A DNA stretch of 19,881 nt, taken from contig JBFXGD010000059.1 of NCBI GenBank assembly GCA_050178385.1, forward strand, positions 1-19,881. The letters are read 5' to 3'. Origin of the DNA: Calditrichaceae bacterium. Its GTDB lineage: Bacteria > Calditrichota > Calditrichia > Calditrichales > JBFXGD01. The position numbers and the translations under genes are program-made. The notes under the pieces are model-generated. The model searched no databases, had not been told where the DNA came from, and saw only the letters and a program-made list of their open reading frames with translations. Below, piece by piece: positions 16,668 through 19,881 of the stretch (within the stretch, counting starts at the first letter, position 1; each line of letters starts with the position of its first letter).

Positions 16668-17062
16668 CACTGCTAATCAATAATATTGCTAAGAATTTTA
16701 GTTCGTGGACTGTTCTGGAATTAGCCTAATCCGGGCTGAAGCCCGGGTACTGTTAAGCTTGTTTTTTATCCCCGCTCTAAAGACCGGGGCTATGAATTGC
16801 CGGGAAACTTCATCTCTGCCACTGCTAATCATAATATTGCCACGAGCTTTAGTTTGTGGACTGTTCTGGAATTAGCCTAATCCGGGTTGAAGCCCGAGTA
16901 CTGTTAAGCTTGTTTTTTATCCCCGCTCTAAAGACCGGGGCTATGAATTGCCTGGAAACTTCATCTCTGCCACTGCTAATCATAATATTGCCACGAGCTT
17001 TAGCTCGTGGACCGCCCGGAATCCAACCAGAGTTGGCTTTAGCCTAATTTGTGATTGCCCCC
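16668..17062. repeat. Tandem array (~151-bp unit, about 2.3 copies plus a diverged tail) of REP-like palindromes; BIME/REPIN-like
   Basis: Units start at CACTGCTAATC 16668, 16820 and 16971. Units 1 and 2 differ by 8 substitutions and 1 indel by manual count. Hairpins: CCACGAGC-TTTA-GCTCGTGG (16991-17010; degenerate at 16840-16859 and 16689-16708), CCGGGC-TGAA-GCCCGG (16731-16746; 16882-16897), CCCCGCTC-TAAA-GACCGGGG (16770-16789; 16921-16940) and GGC-TTTA-GCC (17035-17044). Confidence 0.9.
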
Positions 17063-19279
17063 TTACAGAACAGCCTCTTTTTTTGTGCTCATCATCGATG
17101 ATGATTCACCGGAATTGGCGCTTACCGGGTTCAGAAAAAGATCAAAATACGAGGTAATTTTATTATAAAGATGAACACGGTCTTTCCCACGTACATTATG
17201 TTCATGACCGGGATAAACAAAATAATCGGCTAACTTGCCTTTATCGACAGCCGTTTTCAAATATTGCAGACTGTTTTGCCATACCACAACCGGATCGATC
17301 GTCCCGTGTATGATCATCAGATGCCCGTCAAGATTGTCCACATAATTCAACAGATTTGCTTCTTCATAGCCGTCTGGATTGCTCTCAGGCGTATCCATAT
17401 AACGTTCACCATACATCACTTCATAATATTGCCAATCGATCACCGGTCCGCCTGCCACAGCCGCTTTAAAAATCCCGGGTTGACGGGTCATCATCGAAAT
17501 GGTCATAAAGCCGCCATAACTCCAGCCATCCACACCCATTCTTGTCGTATCCACATAGCTTAATGATTTCAGATATTTGACTCCAACCATCTGGTCTTCA
17601 ACTTCGTACCGGCCGAGATTTCTGAAAATCGCCTGTTCAAAATCCTTGCCCCGGTTTGCCGAACCCCGGTTATCCAGTGTAAAAACGATATACCCCTTTT
17701 GGGCAAGATGTACAAACCATAAATTACTGCCACCGAGCCAGCGGTTTGTAACCATTTGCGCGTGCGGACCGCCATAAACATAAACAATAACCGGATATTT
17801 TCTGGTTGAATCAAAATCCGCGGGGTAGGTTATACGGGCATTGAGTTCAGTGCCGCTTTCGTTTTTTAACTTCAAAAATTTAATATTGGTTTTTTTATAG
17901 TCGGCAAGGGGATTTTCCGATTCCACAAGCGTCTGAACAGGCTGGCCTTTAACGTTTAATATGGTTGTCAGTCCCGGCGTATTGATATTGCTGAACCGAT
18001 CTATCAAATACTGACCGGTATGATTTACTTTTACCGAGTGTGTGCCGGCCTGGGATGTGAGCCGTTTCATTTTCGCGGATTTAAGTTCCACTGAATAAAA
18101 TTGTCTATCCATTCCGTCCGGAGATGCGGCTGTCACAAAGGCGAATTTTCCGCCCCGGTCAAATCCGTGAAACTTCAATACATCGAAATTGCCCTTTGTC
18201 AACTGACTGATAAATCTGCCAGATCTGTCATAATAATAAAGGTGATTAAATCCGTCCTTCTTTGAAAACCAGAGGAATCGTGTAGGATCGTTGGAAACGA
18301 AAAGCGGGCCGTGCTCGGGTTCCACATATTTGGGATCGGTTTCTTCAAAAAGAGTCCGAATCGCCTTGCCGGAGACCCGGTCATATTCGATCAGCCGCAT
18401 ATGATTCTGATCACGGTTTAAATGCGCGACATAGATTGACTTTTCATCCGGACCCCAGGTAATATTGGTCAGATACTGATCCTTTGGTTCACCCGTCTGT
18501 AAAAATGTGGTTGAGCCGGTTTTCAGATCATATACACCGATAGTCACCTGCTCACTTGTCATACCGGCCATGGGGTAACGGGTTGATTTAACGGCGGCCG
18601 GCCGGACACTGATATCAACCAGGGGATATTCCGTAACCATCCGTTCATCCGTACGATAGAAGGCTAAAAAATGGCCTTTTGGCGACCAAAATGTGCCTTT
18701 GGTGATACCGAATTCCTGGCGGTGCACATAGTCGTCCCCACTGCGGATTCCTGATTCGGTATCGAAAGTGATCTGTTTTACAACTCCGGGTCTGAGGGAA
18801 ATATAGAGATTATTTTCAATGGTAAAGGCGACATAATTGTTGTTTTCATCAATGTCTTTATTCTGCGCGGTTGTTTCAATCTGATTGGCGAGTACCGCCT
18901 TCTCCTTCGCCAAATCATAAACGATCAGATTTTCACCCTGCCAAAAACAGATGCGGGTCTTGTCAAGCCAGGTGAAAGCGGGGAATTTTGCCTGCGATGC
19001 GAGGCCGAGCTCACTTAATCTCGTATTTAGTGTATCCGCGGAAAGTAATACAGATCTTTCTTTGGAAACGGCGTTTCCGGTAATAATCCCGTACTGTCCG
19101 TCAAGTGAATCCACATATACAAAATCATCGGATTCAGGTCTCCACTGCAGTTGGGATAATTTTTTGGGCGCGAGGTAACTGTACGCGCCAAAAACAGCAT
19201 CTTCCATTGTCAGGATTTTATCCTGCGCAAACAGAGAGGAAGCCAGAACGAGACTCAAAACAAATGACAACAATCTCAT
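17063..19279 (-). CDS. ptpA: S9B serine peptidase (DPP IV family), most similar in motifs to prolyl tripeptidyl aminopeptidase
   Basis: Signal peptide MRLLSFVLSLVLASSLFA; beta-propeller motif VHRQEFGITKGTFWSPKG; YVYGGPHAQMV; nucleophile GWSYGG; YEVMYGERY; HGTIDPVVVWQ; YPGHEHNV..KDRVHL. S9B family is certain; the ptpA subfamily is from recalled motif similarity. Confidence 0.85.
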   Translation of the reverse strand: MRLLSFVLSLVLASSLFAQDKILTMEDAVFGAYSYLAPKKLSQLQWRPESDDFVYVDSLDGQYGIITGNAVSKERSVLLSADTLNTRLSELGLASQAKFPAFTWLDKTRICFWQGENLIVYDLAKEKAVLANQIETTAQNKDIDENNNYVAFTIENNLYISLRPGVVKQITFDTESGIRSGDDYVHRQEFGITKGTFWSPKGHFLAFYRTDERMVTEYPLVDISVRPAAVKSTRYPMAGMTSEQVTIGVYDLKTGSTTFLQTGEPKDQYLTNITWGPDEKSIYVAHLNRDQNHMRLIEYDRVSGKAIRTLFEETDPKYVEPEHGPLFVSNDPTRFLWFSKKDGFNHLYYYDRSGRFISQLTKGNFDVLKFHGFDRGGKFAFVTAASPDGMDRQFYSVELKSAKMKRLTSQAGTHSVKVNHTGQYLIDRFSNINTPGLTTILNVKGQPVQTLVESENPLADYKKTNIKFLKLKNESGTELNARITYPADFDSTRKYPVIVYVYGGPHAQMVTNRWLGGSNLWFVHLAQKGYIVFTLDNRGSANRGKDFEQAIFRNLGRYEVEDQMVGVKYLKSLSYVDTTRMGVDGWSYGGFMTISMMTRQPGIFKAAVAGGPVIDWQYYEVMYGERYMDTPESNPDGYEEANLLNYVDNLDGHLMIIHGTIDPVVVWQNSLQYLKTAVDKGKLADYFVYPGHEHNVRGKDRVHLYNKITSYFDLFLNPVSANSGESSSMMSTKKEAVL

Positions 19280-19322
19280 CAAATTACTCCATCGTTTTAC
19301 TCATTTTATCTTTGTATTTACC

Positions 19323-19697
19323 TTATTCATTTATTTTCGCCATCTGGAAAATCAGCCATCCCCATCCGAACACAAATGAAACGCCTCCAAGAGGTGTAAT
19401 TGCTCCAAGTGTCTTTATTCCGGTGACCGCCAGAATATACAGGCTGCCCGAGAATAAAATAACACCGGCCAGAAATGCCCAGCCCGCCGGGGAGAATGAC
19501 AGATGCCTGAACTGGTATTGCAAAAAACCTACCGCAAGAATGGCAAAAGTGTGAAACATCTGGTACAACACCGCTTTTTCATAAATGGATCTGCCATAAA
19601 CATCCAGCGTATCCTTCAGGGCATGGGCTCCGAACGCTCCAAGCGCCACACTTAATCCGCCAACTACGGCGGCTGTAATAAACCAGAATTTAATCAT
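19323..19697 (-). CDS. DUF423 (YgdD/TMEM256-like) small membrane protein
   Basis: VALGAFGAHAL, AVLYQMFH, GVILFSGSLY, GAITPLGG...GW; four TMs; AAGGAGG RBS. Confidence 0.93.
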   Translation of the reverse strand: MIKFWFITAAVVGGLSVALGAFGAHALKDTLDVYGRSIYEKAVLYQMFHTFAILAVGFLQYQFRHLSFSPAGWAFLAGVILFSGSLYILAVTGIKTLGAITPLGGVSFVFGWGWLIFQMAKINE

Positions 19698-19761
19698 CGT
19701 CCCTCCTTAGAGAATATGCAGTTTTTTTATGTTTTTTTGTCACGGTCTGCGGAAAATGATG

Positions 19762-19881
19762 TCAGCGTCTGATCCATATTTTCAGACTTTCCGCGCCCAA
19801 TTCCAAATCATGGGAACGGCCTCCTTTTAACTCGGAATCATTTTGACCGGATATACCCTGAACATGGTTGATTCCCTCATT
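19762..19881 (-). CDS. Possible 3' end of an upstream gene entering from the right edge (function unknown)
   Basis: One minus frame is open from the window edge to TGA at 19762-19764: ...NEGINHVQGISGQNDSELKGGRSHDLELGAESLKIWIRR*. Same orientation as the downstream genes; too short to identify. Confidence 0.45.
   Translation of the reverse strand, partial: NEGINHVQGISGQNDSELKGGRSHDLELGAESLKIWIRR

Noticed and set aside
16668..17062. CRISPR array interpretation of the repeats
   Set aside because: The sequence between hairpins is itself repeated (no unique spacers), the period is ~151 bp, and there are no cas genes in the window.
16856..17157. Short ORFs 16856..17047 and 16948..17157
   Set aside because: They lie in the palindromic repeat array or antisense to the peptidase end; no RBS or recognisable motifs.

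Overview
Gene-dense chromosomal window from a Gram-negative bacterium; an FCB-group or Calditrichota-like host is only an inference from protein style. Left to right it holds: (1) a minus-strand, TetR-led envelope transport operon (TetR, LolA-like periplasmic protein, two MacB/FtsX/LolE-type permeases, LolD-type ATPase and a probable outer-membrane beta-barrel protein that runs off the window and is missing from the ORF track), with a palindromic operator just downstream of its promoter; (2) CvfB-like S1 RNA-binding protein, an alkyltransferase-like (ATL) protein and a penicillin-acylase-family Ntn hydrolase with no signal peptide; (3) an unusual metal-uptake operon with a DtxR-type palindrome, a soluble DtxR/MntR regulator, a second DtxR-family protein carrying an N-terminal membrane anchor and two FeoA domains, and a FeoB split into a GTPase gene (with an N-terminal CxxC) and a membrane gene; (4) glgX, pepD, a bidirectional terminator and a ~151-bp tandem array of REP-like hairpins; (5) a PtpA-like S9B peptidase, a DUF423 membrane protein and the possible 3' end of another gene. 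The most interesting signals are the dual-DtxR/split-FeoB operon and the REP/BIME-like array. No CRISPR array, rRNA, tRNA or transposase was recognised.
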